From positions 6,947-70,946 of the forward strand of contig JANNVX010000032.1 in NCBI GenBank assembly GCA_031414595.1: a stretch of DNA of 64,000 bases, given 5' to 3'. The notes under the pieces were generated by a model. The model did no database searches, was not told the origin of the DNA, and worked only from the letters and a program-made list of their open reading frames with translations. The stretch comes from Deinococcales bacterium. GTDB taxonomy: Bacteria > Deinococcota > Deinococci > Deinococcales > JAAFIG01. Made by a program: the position numbers and the translations under genes. Positions 55,412-64,000 of this stretch are shown here, piece by piece. Every line of letters starts with the position of its first letter. The stretch's first letter is position 1.

Positions 55412-56056
55412 TCATAAAGTCTCGAGCCAACGCGGTAAAAAATGCTCTGTCACCAGCGCAGCACGTTCAGCGGCTTTGGGTAGAAAATCGCTGTAAGTCA
55501 GCGCAGCTTCATCATTGGCACTGTCCGAAATGACCCGAATTAAAACCATTGGGACATTAAAATCATCCGCCACTTGCAATGCCGCCGCGCCTTCCATTTC
55601 CACCGCATCTGCCATAAAAGTTTGTTGTAACCACAGGCTTTTTTGGCTGTTGGCAAGAAAAGCATCTCCCGTTACAACCCGCCCAAGCCTCGAGTGATAC
55701 CCAAGTTCTCGAGCCGCCTCAAGTGCCAGGGCAGTACCTTGGGTATGCGTGGCAATTGCGCCGCGTCCATCGTTGAGTGTGCCAAGCTGACCGCCGTTAA
55801 TTGGGGTTAAATCTACATCCCATTGCAGCGCATCTTTAGCCACCAAAACACTGAGTTGGGCAAGGTCTGGTGATAATCCGCCAGCCACACCGACAAAAAC
55901 AATTCCAGACGGGCGATACTCGAGAATCGCCTTGGTGGTGGCACTGGCAGCCGCCACTTTGCCAACGCCTGTACCAATAATTGGTATATCTGGGAGAACT
56001 CGCGTTAGGGCAGCCGTTTCTGAACCCATTGCCGCCAGAATAATAATTTTAGACAT
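55412..56056 (-). CDS. MTA/SAH nucleosidase family (Pfs/MqnB-like)
   Basis: Colinear with E. coli Pfs, including GIGKVAAA, SGDAF and VEMEGAA. Start trimmed to MSKIIIL after AAGGAG. Confidence 0.6.
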   Translation of the reverse strand: MSKIIILAAMGSETAALTRVLPDIPIIGTGVGKVAAASATTKAILEYRPSGIVFVGVAGGLSPDLAQLSVLVAKDALQWDVDLTPINGGQLGTLNDGRGAIATHTQGTALALEAARELGYHSRLGRVVTGDAFLANSQKSLWLQQTFMADAVEMEGAAALQVADDFNVPMVLIRVISDSANDEAALTYSDFLPKAAERAALVTEHFLPRWLETL

Positions 56057-56202
56057 GGTACTCCTTAAACAGTATTCACAAAATTCGTAGAATTTTGGCG
56101 AGCTATGCGAGTAGAAGAAAAGTACAGTGTTGATGGGTGTGAAGACTCTTTGGAGCGAAGCGGAAAATAGTCGGAACATTTAATTAACACTGTACTTGGT
56201 AT

Positions 56203-56889
56203 TTACTGCGGGGTAAAAGCTGGTGGGGTGGCTTTACCACCCGGCGGTAAGGCTGCCAGAATATCCCATTTGTTATCCGAACGCAGCCGCACATCATAGC
56301 CATTGCTGGCAAGTTCACCCTCGAGCAGATTCCACCCTGATTGCATCGGCAAATTATAACGGTAATAGCCTTTTGCACCCGTGGCACTGTCTTGGGTTTC
56401 CACCAAACGGGCTTCGGAACTAACCAACAGCACTTTATAACGAAAAAATGCCCTTAAGTTTGGGTCTGTGTTTGGGGCAAATAAGGTCGCCTCGAGTTGT
56501 GGTTCACCACTGTCGAGCAAACTGTTTTTATTTTGGTCATCGTACATTAAAAATTTTGTCTCCGCCCCTAAAATACTTTCAGGCAAACGACCATCCCCAT
56601 GTACCAACTGTGCATCTTTTAATGAAACTGGTGGCACAGCAATTCCACTTGGTAACTCGAGACGGTACTGACCATTGGTGACAGCGCTTTCTGCCACACT
56701 TGTGCCAGCCACAATTAAAGCCACCCGAAGATTATCCACCGCTTGCGGCGCAATTGCCTTACCTTCAAGAACCCGAGCCTGTACCGAAAAACCCGAAGCG
56801 ACTGGGTTGCCGACAGGTTTAGGGCGACTAAACAAAAAAGCCGCAACAAGGGCTAAAACAATCACAACGGCTGGAATAAAACGATTCAT
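56203..56889 (-). CDS. membrane-anchored exported protein (paralogue 1)
   Basis: N-terminal TM helix. Pro-rich C-terminus. Shares GWNL and other blocks with the next gene. Confidence 0.4.
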   Translation of the reverse strand: MNRFIPAVVIVLALVAAFLFSRPKPVGNPVASGFSVQARVLEGKAIAPQAVDNLRVALIVAGTSVAESAVTNGQYRLELPSGIAVPPVSLKDAQLVHGDGRLPESILGAETKFLMYDDQNKNSLLDSGEPQLEATLFAPNTDPNLRAFFRYKVLLVSSEARLVETQDSATGAKGYYRYNLPMQSGWNLLEGELASNGYDVRLRSDNKWDILAALPPGGKATPPAFTPQ

Positions 56890-56964
56890 CACTTGATTAT
56901 TGACAGATTAGAGATGAGATAGAAAAGCCAAGGTGTCACAGATTTGTGACACCTTGGCTAAAAT

Positions 56965-57546
56965 TTAATAGCCTTGTGAGGCAAAAACCTCGAGTTGCAC
57001 ACCCTCAATTCGTTCGACCCGTTTGGTTTCGATTACTTTACCCAGTTCGATAGCCACCAAGTTCCAACCAGCCTCTAGGGTTAAATCAAAACCACGATCC
57101 CCTTGTACCCGAAAACGCGACTCGGCATAAATAATGATTAAGTTACCGCGTCCACGGGTCAGGGTCGTCTCGAGCAGTTTATCGCCAGCCCCAAACGAAC
57201 CATTTCTATCGGCATCGTTATAGCCACGCAGCATCGCCCTAACCGCCCGTGCTTGCCCAGTGATTTTGACATCTCCTAATAAGCCGGGCCAGTCCAGAGC
57301 ATCACTCGAGAGTGCGCCTAGGCTACTGGCAATTGGCGCAGCATCAGGAATAGAAAGTGCAAAACTGGTGTTCGGCACAACCGAAATCAATTCTTTGCTG
57401 GGATTGCCGTTTCTATCCACCAAAAACGCCGCAATTCGCAAGTTCTGGATGGCAGCCGAGGTTTTAACTGAGCCACTCACCCCAAGCGGGGCAGCCAAAG
57501 CAAAAGCGATTAAAAATACGGTGATAACAGCCAATAATTTTTTCAT
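56965..57546 (-). CDS. membrane-anchored exported protein (paralogue 2)
   Basis: Start trimmed to MKKLLAV. Same architecture as 56203-56889. Confidence 0.4.
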   Translation of the reverse strand: MKKLLAVITVFLIAFALAAPLGVSGSVKTSAAIQNLRIAAFLVDRNGNPSKELISVVPNTSFALSIPDAAPIASSLGALSSDALDWPGLLGDVKITGQARAVRAMLRGYNDADRNGSFGAGDKLLETTLTRGRGNLIIIYAESRFRVQGDRGFDLTLEAGWNLVAIELGKVIETKRVERIEGVQLEVFASQGY

Positions 57547-57692
57547 GGTGATACCCGTTTTCGCTGGCGGAATCCACGCTTGGCGATGTAGGGATGCTCC
57601 AACCATGACCTTAGCACGATTTTCGCGTTTGACATGAGAAACTAAGCACTGAATAAAGACTCCGATACAGTCTCTTTATCATCGTTGTCACA

Positions 57693-57770
57693 GGACAGAC
57701 ACAGGGGTCTGTCCCTACAGTCTTAGGGTAAAAAGTGCGTTAGGTAGGGGCGAACCCCCGTGTTCGCCCT
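57693..57770. repeat. two GC hairpins of the GGGNNGAC-CCCNGTG family
   Basis: GGACAGACACAGGGGTCTGTCC and GGGGCGAACCCCCGTGTTCGCCC(TG)TTTTT. The second is terminator-like. Confidence 0.4.
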
Positions 57771-57857
57771 GTTTTTCTATTCACATATTCAACAAAAATC
57801 CTAAAATCAAAACCTTTCGGAAACTCTAAATTCCCGATGGCACAAATGAGATAACGT

Positions 57858-58439
57858 TCAAGAAACTAAAGACTCCAAGGTCTCGAGAATCAACTTGACC
57901 GCTTTGGTTTGGTACTTTAAGGGCAAAAAAGGCTCAGATTTTGACAGTGCCAAGGTTTCATCGCTGGGCAAGTGTAAAAAACCACTGGGTAAATCTGGAT
58001 ATAACGCCCGAGCCAAGAAAAACACCTGATTGCACAAAAAAGCCCCTGCCGAAAAGGATAAATCTACGGGGACGCGATTTAATTTTAGGGCTGCTTGAAG
58101 GCTTGTCAGTGGCAAACTCGAGAACAGGGCATCAGGGGCATTTTCAAAGATTCGCTTGCCCTGCTGCACCAAGCCAGAATTATCTGGAATTCGGTACTCG
58201 AGCCAGTTAATTGCCACTTTCTCGAGTGCCAAACGGGTTTTACCTCGAGCCAAGCCGAGCATTAACAGTGCTTTAGGTTTGGTCTCCTCAATTGCCATTT
58301 TGAGCGCGGCTTGAATTTGTGCGCCATCCACTGGCAGAATTCGCACTGCCACATCTGCCGATTCTAATGCTTTAGCCACGGTTGCACTTGGATTATGGGT
58401 ATCACCACCAAAAGGCTCGAAGCCAGTAAGTAAAATCAT
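57858..58439 (-). CDS. pcp: pyroglutamyl-peptidase I
   Basis: N-terminal LLTGFEPFGG. The Cys/His catalytic region of peptidase C15 is conserved. Confidence 0.75.
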   Translation of the reverse strand: MILLTGFEPFGGDTHNPSATVAKALESADVAVRILPVDGAQIQAALKMAIEETKPKALLMLGLARGKTRLALEKVAINWLEYRIPDNSGLVQQGKRIFENAPDALFSSLPLTSLQAALKLNRVPVDLSFSAGAFLCNQVFFLARALYPDLPSGFLHLPSDETLALSKSEPFLPLKYQTKAVKLILETLESLVS

Positions 58440-58459
58440 GCTGTAGTATAAATTGAATT

Positions 58460-60175
58460 ATGCCGCTTTTACCTTCGGACATTATTCCGAGTATCTCAAC
58501 TCGTCAAGAACTTGTTAGGGTGGCTCAAGGACTCGAGCCAGCCGATTTGTGCATCCTCAACGCCCGAATTGTGGATGTCCACACCTTGACTATTTTTCGT
58601 GGGGCGGTCGCTATAAAAAGCGGTTTTATTGCCTCGGTCGGGACAGCCTTAACTGCCGCCCAGACATTTGACGCAAACGGTATGTACCTTACGCCCGGAC
58701 TGATAGATGCCCATATCCACATCGAAAGCTCACTTTTAACGCCGCGCCGATTTGCCGAAACGGTTGTGCCTCGCGGTACAGTTGGCGTGGTTTGCGAACC
58801 GCACGAAATCGCCAATGTGATTGGCATGGCTGGAATTCGGGCGATGCTTGAGGCTGGAATGCAAACCCCATTATCAATTTGGGCAAGTGTGCCATCTTGT
58901 GTTCCTGCCAGTGCTTTTGAAGCCAGTGGTGCAAAGATTGGCGCAAGCGAAGTTAAAATTGCCCTCGAGTTGGCTGGGGTGCTTGGGCTTGCCGAAATGA
59001 TGAATTACCCCGGAGTCTTAAATCTCGAGCCAAAGGTCTGGGAAATTTTAGAAGCTGCCCAAGGTCAGCGCCTTGATGGTCATGCGCCCGGGGTGAGCGG
59101 TGCAGCATGGCAGGCTTATGTGTCAGCAGGACTCGAGTCCGACCATGAAACAGTAAACCAAGCCGAAGCCTTTGAACGTCTGCGTTCTGGGACTTGGCTA
59201 ATGGTGCGCGACGGCAGTGCGGCTCGCAATCTCGAGGCGTTAGCGCCGTTAATAGCACGCTTAAGACCTTCTCGAGCAATGCTGATTACCGATGATGCCG
59301 ATGCGGCTGAATTGCTTGAGGATGGACACTGCGACCGCTTATTACGCAAAGCCATTGCTTGCGGTATCCCCGCGCCGTTAGCAGTGCGAATGCTGACTTT
59401 AGCCCCGTCCGAGTATTGGCGCATTCCCAACCGAGGCGCAATTGCCGCCGGTCAAATTGCCGATTTGGTTTTATTTGATACTTTAGAGACCGCCAACGCC
59501 CAAATTGTCTGGCGCTCTGGTAAAATCGTGGCTCGAGACGGCAAATTATTAGAAACACCAGAAGGTTTTAGCTTTCCAGAACAAGCCTTAAAAAGTGTGC
59601 GCTTACCAAAAAACATTTCACTCGAGACTGGCGTAAAATCCCAACCAATTATTGGGGTTCACCCAGACCAGATTCGCACCGATAAATTGCCCGAGATAAA
59701 AATTGGCGCTGCCGACCCAGACCAAGACCTTATAAAATTGGTGGTCATCGAACGACATTCGGGACAAGGCAAGACTGGCATCGGTTTTGCCAAAGGCATC
59801 GGGCTAAAACGCGGCGCAATTGCCCAAACCTTTGCCCATGATGCCCACAACATTATTTGCGCTGGTGTGACCAACTCGGATATGGAGCTTGCCATTCGCA
59901 CCCTAGAGACCATCCAAGGTGGCGTGGTGATTGTGGCAGACGGAACGGTTTTAGCGCGTCTCGAGTTACCCGTGGCTGGTCTGATGTCCGATGCACCCGC
60001 CCAAGATGTGGTGGCTGCCCAGCGCAAGCTCGAGGCTGTTGCCCATGAACTGGGGTGTACGTTGTCGCATCCGATTGTGACTTTGGCATTTTTGGCTTTA
60101 ACCGTCATTCCAAGCCTAAAAATAACTGAGCAGGGCTTATTTGATGTTGAGCAGTTTAAGTTACTCGAGCCGTAG
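58460..60175 (+). CDS. ade: adenine deaminase
   Basis: Amidohydrolase motif PGLIDAHIHIESS. ~570 aa, typical of Ade. Confidence 0.8.
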   Translation: MPLLPSDIIPSISTRQELVRVAQGLEPADLCILNARIVDVHTLTIFRGAVAIKSGFIASVGTALTAAQTFDANGMYLTPGLIDAHIHIESSLLTPRRFAETVVPRGTVGVVCEPHEIANVIGMAGIRAMLEAGMQTPLSIWASVPSCVPASAFEASGAKIGASEVKIALELAGVLGLAEMMNYPGVLNLEPKVWEILEAAQGQRLDGHAPGVSGAAWQAYVSAGLESDHETVNQAEAFERLRSGTWLMVRDGSAARNLEALAPLIARLRPSRAMLITDDADAAELLEDGHCDRLLRKAIACGIPAPLAVRMLTLAPSEYWRIPNRGAIAAGQIADLVLFDTLETANAQIVWRSGKIVARDGKLLETPEGFSFPEQALKSVRLPKNISLETGVKSQPIIGVHPDQIRTDKLPEIKIGAADPDQDLIKLVVIERHSGQGKTGIGFAKGIGLKRGAIAQTFAHDAHNIICAGVTNSDMELAIRTLETIQGGVVIVADGTVLARLELPVAGLMSDAPAQDVVAAQRKLEAVAHELGCTLSHPIVTLAFLALTVIPSLKITEQGLFDVEQFKLLEP

Positions 60176-60370
60176 TTTTATTTGTGCCAAGCAATCACAA
60201 ATAAAACAAATCGAATTTAGACTTGGGTTCAAAAAGTAAAATAGGTCTAGCAAACACTGTCAGGAACATGACAATTGCCTGACAAATTCAAATAGCCAAA
60301 AAACCTAGTTAAAAATAATTTGCCAGATGAAAACAAAATGTGTTTACATACGCCACGGAGGATTTACCCC

Positions 60371-61135
60371 ATGAACAAATTTTTGAAAGCACTAACTGTA
60401 CTAGCCGCCACCGTTGCCCTCTCGAGTCCAGCATCCGCCCAACTGAGCGGATTTTTGTCGTTAGATACCTTTTTCCCTGGACCAGCGTTTAGCGCCCGTC
60501 TTGGTTTAAACTATGGTTTAGACTTAAATGCCAACACTTCCGCAACTCTTGGCTTTCGCTATAACTTCAACTTTAATGTTGAATCTAGTGCAAGTGTTTT
60601 TGCTCGAGTAGATTCATCTGTCAGTGACAAGCTCACCATTGGTGGCACATTGATCCTAAGCCTTAGCAGCATTGGTACAGGAAATAACTTTGGTGTTACC
60701 CTACGTCCTTACGCAAGCCTAACCTTGGTTGAATCAGACACTTTCTTTGTGGCTGGCACATTGTACTTAAATGTTCCAATCATTCCAGCCTTTGCGCTGC
60801 AACCGTGGTTGGCGATTGATGCTTCTTACAGCATGGGTGCATTGGGCGTGGATTTTGGCGTGGAAGCCGATTTCCAAATCATCCCATCATTCCGCTTTGA
60901 CGGCATTTATGGCTATGTCCATGCTAACTACGACATCAACAGCCCATTACGTGTCTTTGGTGGACTTGGTTTTTACACCGATTTTAGCGGATTCTTCTTT
61001 GATGGTGTCTACAGCACGGATTTCCGTGGGTTATACGCTGGCTTACGCTACAACCTCTCAAATGCTTTTGCTGCTCGTTTGACCACTGGTTACAACGGCG
61101 GTTTCTACGTTACCTTAACTGGCATTTTGCGCTAA
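60371..61135 (+). CDS. secreted protein, possible outer-membrane beta-barrel
   Basis: GGAGG then ATG. Signal peptide ending ASA. Alternating hydrophobic pattern rich in aromatic residues. Confidence 0.35.
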   Translation: MNKFLKALTVLAATVALSSPASAQLSGFLSLDTFFPGPAFSARLGLNYGLDLNANTSATLGFRYNFNFNVESSASVFARVDSSVSDKLTIGGTLILSLSSIGTGNNFGVTLRPYASLTLVESDTFFVAGTLYLNVPIIPAFALQPWLAIDASYSMGALGVDFGVEADFQIIPSFRFDGIYGYVHANYDINSPLRVFGGLGFYTDFSGFFFDGVYSTDFRGLYAGLRYNLSNAFAARLTTGYNGGFYVTLTGILR

Positions 61136-61181
61136 TTTTCAAAACAAGAAAACCCCCCGCCAATTGGCGGGGGTTTTACAT

Positions 61182-62585
61182 TTACTTATTCAAAGTGTGA
61201 ATACTACGCTTATGGGTGGCTTCGGCAACCTCGAGCATCAGTTCCGATAAGGTTGGGTGTGGGTGAATCGTCAGGGCAATATCATCCACCACTGCGCCCA
61301 TCTCGAGGGCAAGACAGGCTTCGCCAATAATATCCGAAGCATTTGCCCCAATCGCATGAACCGCCAAAACCACATCGGTTTCTTCGTCGGCAATCATTTT
61401 GACCAAGCCTTCGCTCGAGCCTAGGGTTAATGCCCTGCCAAGCGCCGCTAATGGGAACTTACCGATTTTAAGGTTATAGCCTTTGGCACGAAGTTCTTCT
61501 TCGGTTGGTCCGACCCAAGCCACTTCTGGACTGGTGTAGACCACGCCTGGCACAGCCACTGCATCGTTAAGACTGGTTTTGCCAGCGCAACGCTCGGCGG
61601 CAACAATTCCGTCCTTCATGGCTTTATGGGCAAGCCAAACACCTTGCACCACATCGCCAATCGCGTAAATTCCCGGTACGTTGGTCTCTAAAGTTTGTGG
61701 ATTGATGTCAATTGCGCCTTTCTCGAGAAAACGCACGCCTAGCTCCTCGAGTCCAATGCCCTTGCCAACTGGGTGACGACCAACCGCACTGACAATTCGG
61801 TCAAAAATTTCGGTGCGTTTTTCTTTGTTCTCGAGATTTTCGATTTCGACATGCAGACCATCGGATTTTTTGGTAAATCCAACCACACCAGTCTTGCCAA
61901 AAATTTTGATCCCTTGTTTTTTATAGGATTTCTGGGCTTCTTTAGCAATTTCTTCATCTACGCCAGCCAGCACCTTAAAGGGTTCAACCACGGTCACTTG
62001 GCTGCCAAGGCGGTTATAAATCGTGGCAAACTCGAGTCCGATCACACCACCGCCAATACATAAAACACGGGCTGGAATGGTTTCTGGGATAATTAAAGCA
62101 CTGGTGCTATCAGTAATATCAGTGCCGTCCACTGGAAAAGTTTTTAAGTGATTTGGCGCTCCGCCCGTGGCAATAATCAGGTTATCAAATTCAATTTCTT
62201 CAGTGCCTTTTTTGCCAGTCACAACCGCCACATTGCGGCTTTTAAGTTTAGCTTCACCCTCGAGCATCGTCACGCCGTTACCTTTAAGCAGCCCAGCCAC
62301 ACCACCACTTAATTTTTTAACAATACCGTCTCGGTACTTATTAACTGCCTTTAGGTCGAGGTTCATCTCCAAGATATTTAAGCCAAAATCCTTGCCATGC
62401 TGCGCGTTATAAACTTCTTGCCCAACATGCAGCAGGGCTTTGGTTGGAATACACCCGACATTCAAGCAAACCCCACCCCAAAATTCTCGTTCGGCAATGG
62501 CTACTTTTAAGCCCATCTGTGCCGCCCGAATTGCTGCGTGATACCCGCCCGGTCCTGCTCCAATCACAAACACGTCGTAACGCAT
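61182..62585 (-). CDS. lpdA: dihydrolipoyl dehydrogenase
   Basis: GAGPGGY FAD motif. Redox-active disulfide GGVCLNVGCIPTK. Start trimmed to MRYDVFV. Confidence 0.85.
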   Translation of the reverse strand: MRYDVFVIGAGPGGYHAAIRAAQMGLKVAIAEREFWGGVCLNVGCIPTKALLHVGQEVYNAQHGKDFGLNILEMNLDLKAVNKYRDGIVKKLSGGVAGLLKGNGVTMLEGEAKLKSRNVAVVTGKKGTEEIEFDNLIIATGGAPNHLKTFPVDGTDITDSTSALIIPETIPARVLCIGGGVIGLEFATIYNRLGSQVTVVEPFKVLAGVDEEIAKEAQKSYKKQGIKIFGKTGVVGFTKKSDGLHVEIENLENKEKRTEIFDRIVSAVGRHPVGKGIGLEELGVRFLEKGAIDINPQTLETNVPGIYAIGDVVQGVWLAHKAMKDGIVAAERCAGKTSLNDAVAVPGVVYTSPEVAWVGPTEEELRAKGYNLKIGKFPLAALGRALTLGSSEGLVKMIADEETDVVLAVHAIGANASDIIGEACLALEMGAVVDDIALTIHPHPTLSELMLEVAEATHKRSIHTLNK

Positions 62586-62648
62586 GATTATCTCCTTGGC
62601 TCGAGAAGCCTCGAGCAACATCTTATTTTAACGCTTCTCGAGTAGACT

Positions 62649-63269
62649 TTGGGCATGACACAAACATTAGAGCGACCACAAAAACAACCCGAGCCAATGA
62701 ATGTTGTCCAAAACCAACCAAGACCTGTTGGGCAGTCTCGAGTTTTACCATTAACTGTTGTGCAGTACGAAGCCCTTATCGAACAAGGGTTAATGCCAGA
62801 GCGAGTCGAACTGATTAAAGGAGCAATAACGATTATGGCACCAATGGGAGATGCACACATTATTTCACTTGATGGTTTTGCCGACATTTTAAGGCAAAAA
62901 TTTCGGACTCGAGCCAGAATTACATCACAAACACCAGTCCGATTGACCGAGGCTTTTGGCGAACCCGAACCAGATTTTATGCTTTGTAAATTAGGCTCTA
63001 AAGGCGTGACCAACCCCGAAGATGTGCTTTTAGTGATTGAAATTTCAAAAAGCACATTGGATACTGACCGCGCTGACAAACTACCAATGTACGCCCAGCA
63101 CAGTATTTCAGAAGTCTGGATTCATAACCTGAACAACAATAATTTAGAGGTTTACCGCAACCCGCGTCTGGTCTCGAGTGGCTGGGCTTATGATGCGCCA
63201 ATTGTCTTTGAACATGGACAGCAGGTTGCTCCACTTGCCTTTCCCGAAGATTTGCTCGAGTGGTGGTGA
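62649..63269 (+). CDS. Uma2-family (DUF820) putative endonuclease
   Basis: PD-(D/E)xK-like core with PDFML...EVW motifs typical of Uma2. Confidence 0.6.
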   Translation: MGMTQTLERPQKQPEPMNVVQNQPRPVGQSRVLPLTVVQYEALIEQGLMPERVELIKGAITIMAPMGDAHIISLDGFADILRQKFRTRARITSQTPVRLTEAFGEPEPDFMLCKLGSKGVTNPEDVLLVIEISKSTLDTDRADKLPMYAQHSISEVWIHNLNNNNLEVYRNPRLVSSGWAYDAPIVFEHGQQVAPLAFPEDLLEWW

Positions 63270-63308
63270 TAATGTGGTACAAAATTGTTTTTGTGGTACA
63301 CTTAGCCC

Positions 63309-63542
63309 ATGAACACGGTACGCCTCGAGCCTGAACTCAAAGCCAAAATCCAGAAACTCGCCCAATTACAAAATATCACCCAATCAGAATTACAACGCCG
63401 AGCGCTTGAATTGTATGTTGAACAAACAGCAGTTGTACAAAGCCGATTCGAGGATATGTTCGGTGTAGCTAGTGGTTCAGCAGAATTATCTGAACACGTC
63501 AAAGAAGAATTTGCCTTACTGATGGCACAAAAACATGACTGA
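63309..63542 (+). CDS. ribbon-helix-helix type antitoxin (VapB/ParD-like)
   Basis: 77 aa with an N-terminal RHH-like segment. Overlaps the PIN gene. Confidence 0.45.
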   Translation: MNTVRLEPELKAKIQKLAQLQNITQSELQRRALELYVEQTAVVQSRFEDMFGVASGSAELSEHVKEEFALLMAQKHD

Positions 63543-63882
63543 AATTCTGATTGATACAGGACCAATTTTAGCGGCGCTGAATCGGCAAGACAAACACCAT
63601 CTTTTTGCCGTAGAAACCATGCGTCAATACAATCAGCCTTTTTTGACGACTGTCGCAGTAATGACTGAAGTCATGTACCTGACGCAACAACGACTCGGTT
63701 GGTACGCTGCCGAAAAATTACTAGAAATTGTCAACCGTGGTGATATTATTGTACAGCACATTGGTCTTGCCGATTTTCAAAGAATTTCTGTACTGATGAA
63801 AAAATACCTTGATTTACCAATGGATTTTGCTGATGCAACCCTTGTGGCACTGGCAGAACGCTTAGGATTTGTCCCAGAATAA
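63535..63882 (+). CDS. vapC: PIN-domain toxin (VapC-like)
   Basis: N-terminal ILIDTGPILA with a conserved Asp. Acidic residues downstream. 115 aa. Confidence 0.6.
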   Translation: MTEILIDTGPILAALNRQDKHHLFAVETMRQYNQPFLTTVAVMTEVMYLTQQRLGWYAAEKLLEIVNRGDIIVQHIGLADFQRISVLMKKYLDLPMDFADATLVALAERLGFVPE

Positions 63883-64000
63883 CTTCCCGATTTCAAGAAT
63901 AGTGTCATTCGGTTCTCGGTTTGGTAAAGTCATTTGAATGCAGACCTACTCACTAAAAGTCAAAAATATGATGTTACGGCTGTACCAGTCACTTAATGAA

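Noticed and set aside
60240-60300. Operator-like inverted repeat TGTCAGG-N13-CCTGACA upstream of the putative OMP gene
   Set aside because: It is only 7 bp per arm in an AT-rich region and has no second copy, so it is too weak to call.
1-64000. Prophage, integrase, transposase or IS element
   Set aside because: No tyrosine/serine recombinase, DDE transposase, or phage structural gene motif was found in any frame. Mobile DNA is limited to MITE/REP-like repeats.

Overview
This is a gene-dense bacterial chromosomal segment of roughly 50% GC, assessed by eye. It contains no rRNA, CRISPR array, integrase or transposase. The most unusual content is a tightly coupled respiratory supercluster of about 9 kb (3667-12725). 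It holds a cbb3-type haem-copper oxidase (CcoN, a CcoO fused to an extra c-type domain, and an apparently split CcoP), two Rieske proteins and two cytochrome b paralogues. One paralogue has lost both bH haem His ligands. The other is fused to a 2x[4Fe-4S] ferredoxin domain and is followed by an MvhD/FlpD-like Fe-S protein. The module plus an adjacent Ser/Thr kinase is bracketed by a pair of ~34-bp inverted repeats (3634-3667 and 13617-13651). A defence/TA-rich stretch (17659-28496) carries a type I R-M system in the order hsdR-hsdS-hsdM. An MNT/HepT toxin-antitoxin pair sits between hsdR and hsdS, an AbrB-like ORF sits between hsdS and hsdM, and a second MNT/HepT pair lies upstream. Nearby is a PMP-like (GGAI/FxxN beta-helix repeat) lipoprotein with a translationally coupled 46-aa upstream ORF. 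The window also holds an island-like segment (31344-34165) next to a minus-strand cluster of three abutting tRNA-like genes. It contains an AT-rich orphan gene, a MITE-like inverted-repeat element and a long SPFH protein. A minus-strand operon encodes a PLP-fold pseudoenzyme (catalytic Lys replaced) fused to an HRDC domain, with CsaB, a C45 Ntn-hydrolase and threonine dehydratase. Several dispersed small repeat families are present. The hexamer CTCGAG is strikingly over-represented across the whole window, in all codon frames and in intergenic DNA. The remainder is ordinary metabolism (aceB, pyrF, deoB, thrB, truB, lpdA, ade, pcp, nrnA, Asp23/YloV, substrate-binding proteins, GAF-HD-GYP, MarR, a Uma2 endonuclease and a VapBC-like pair).
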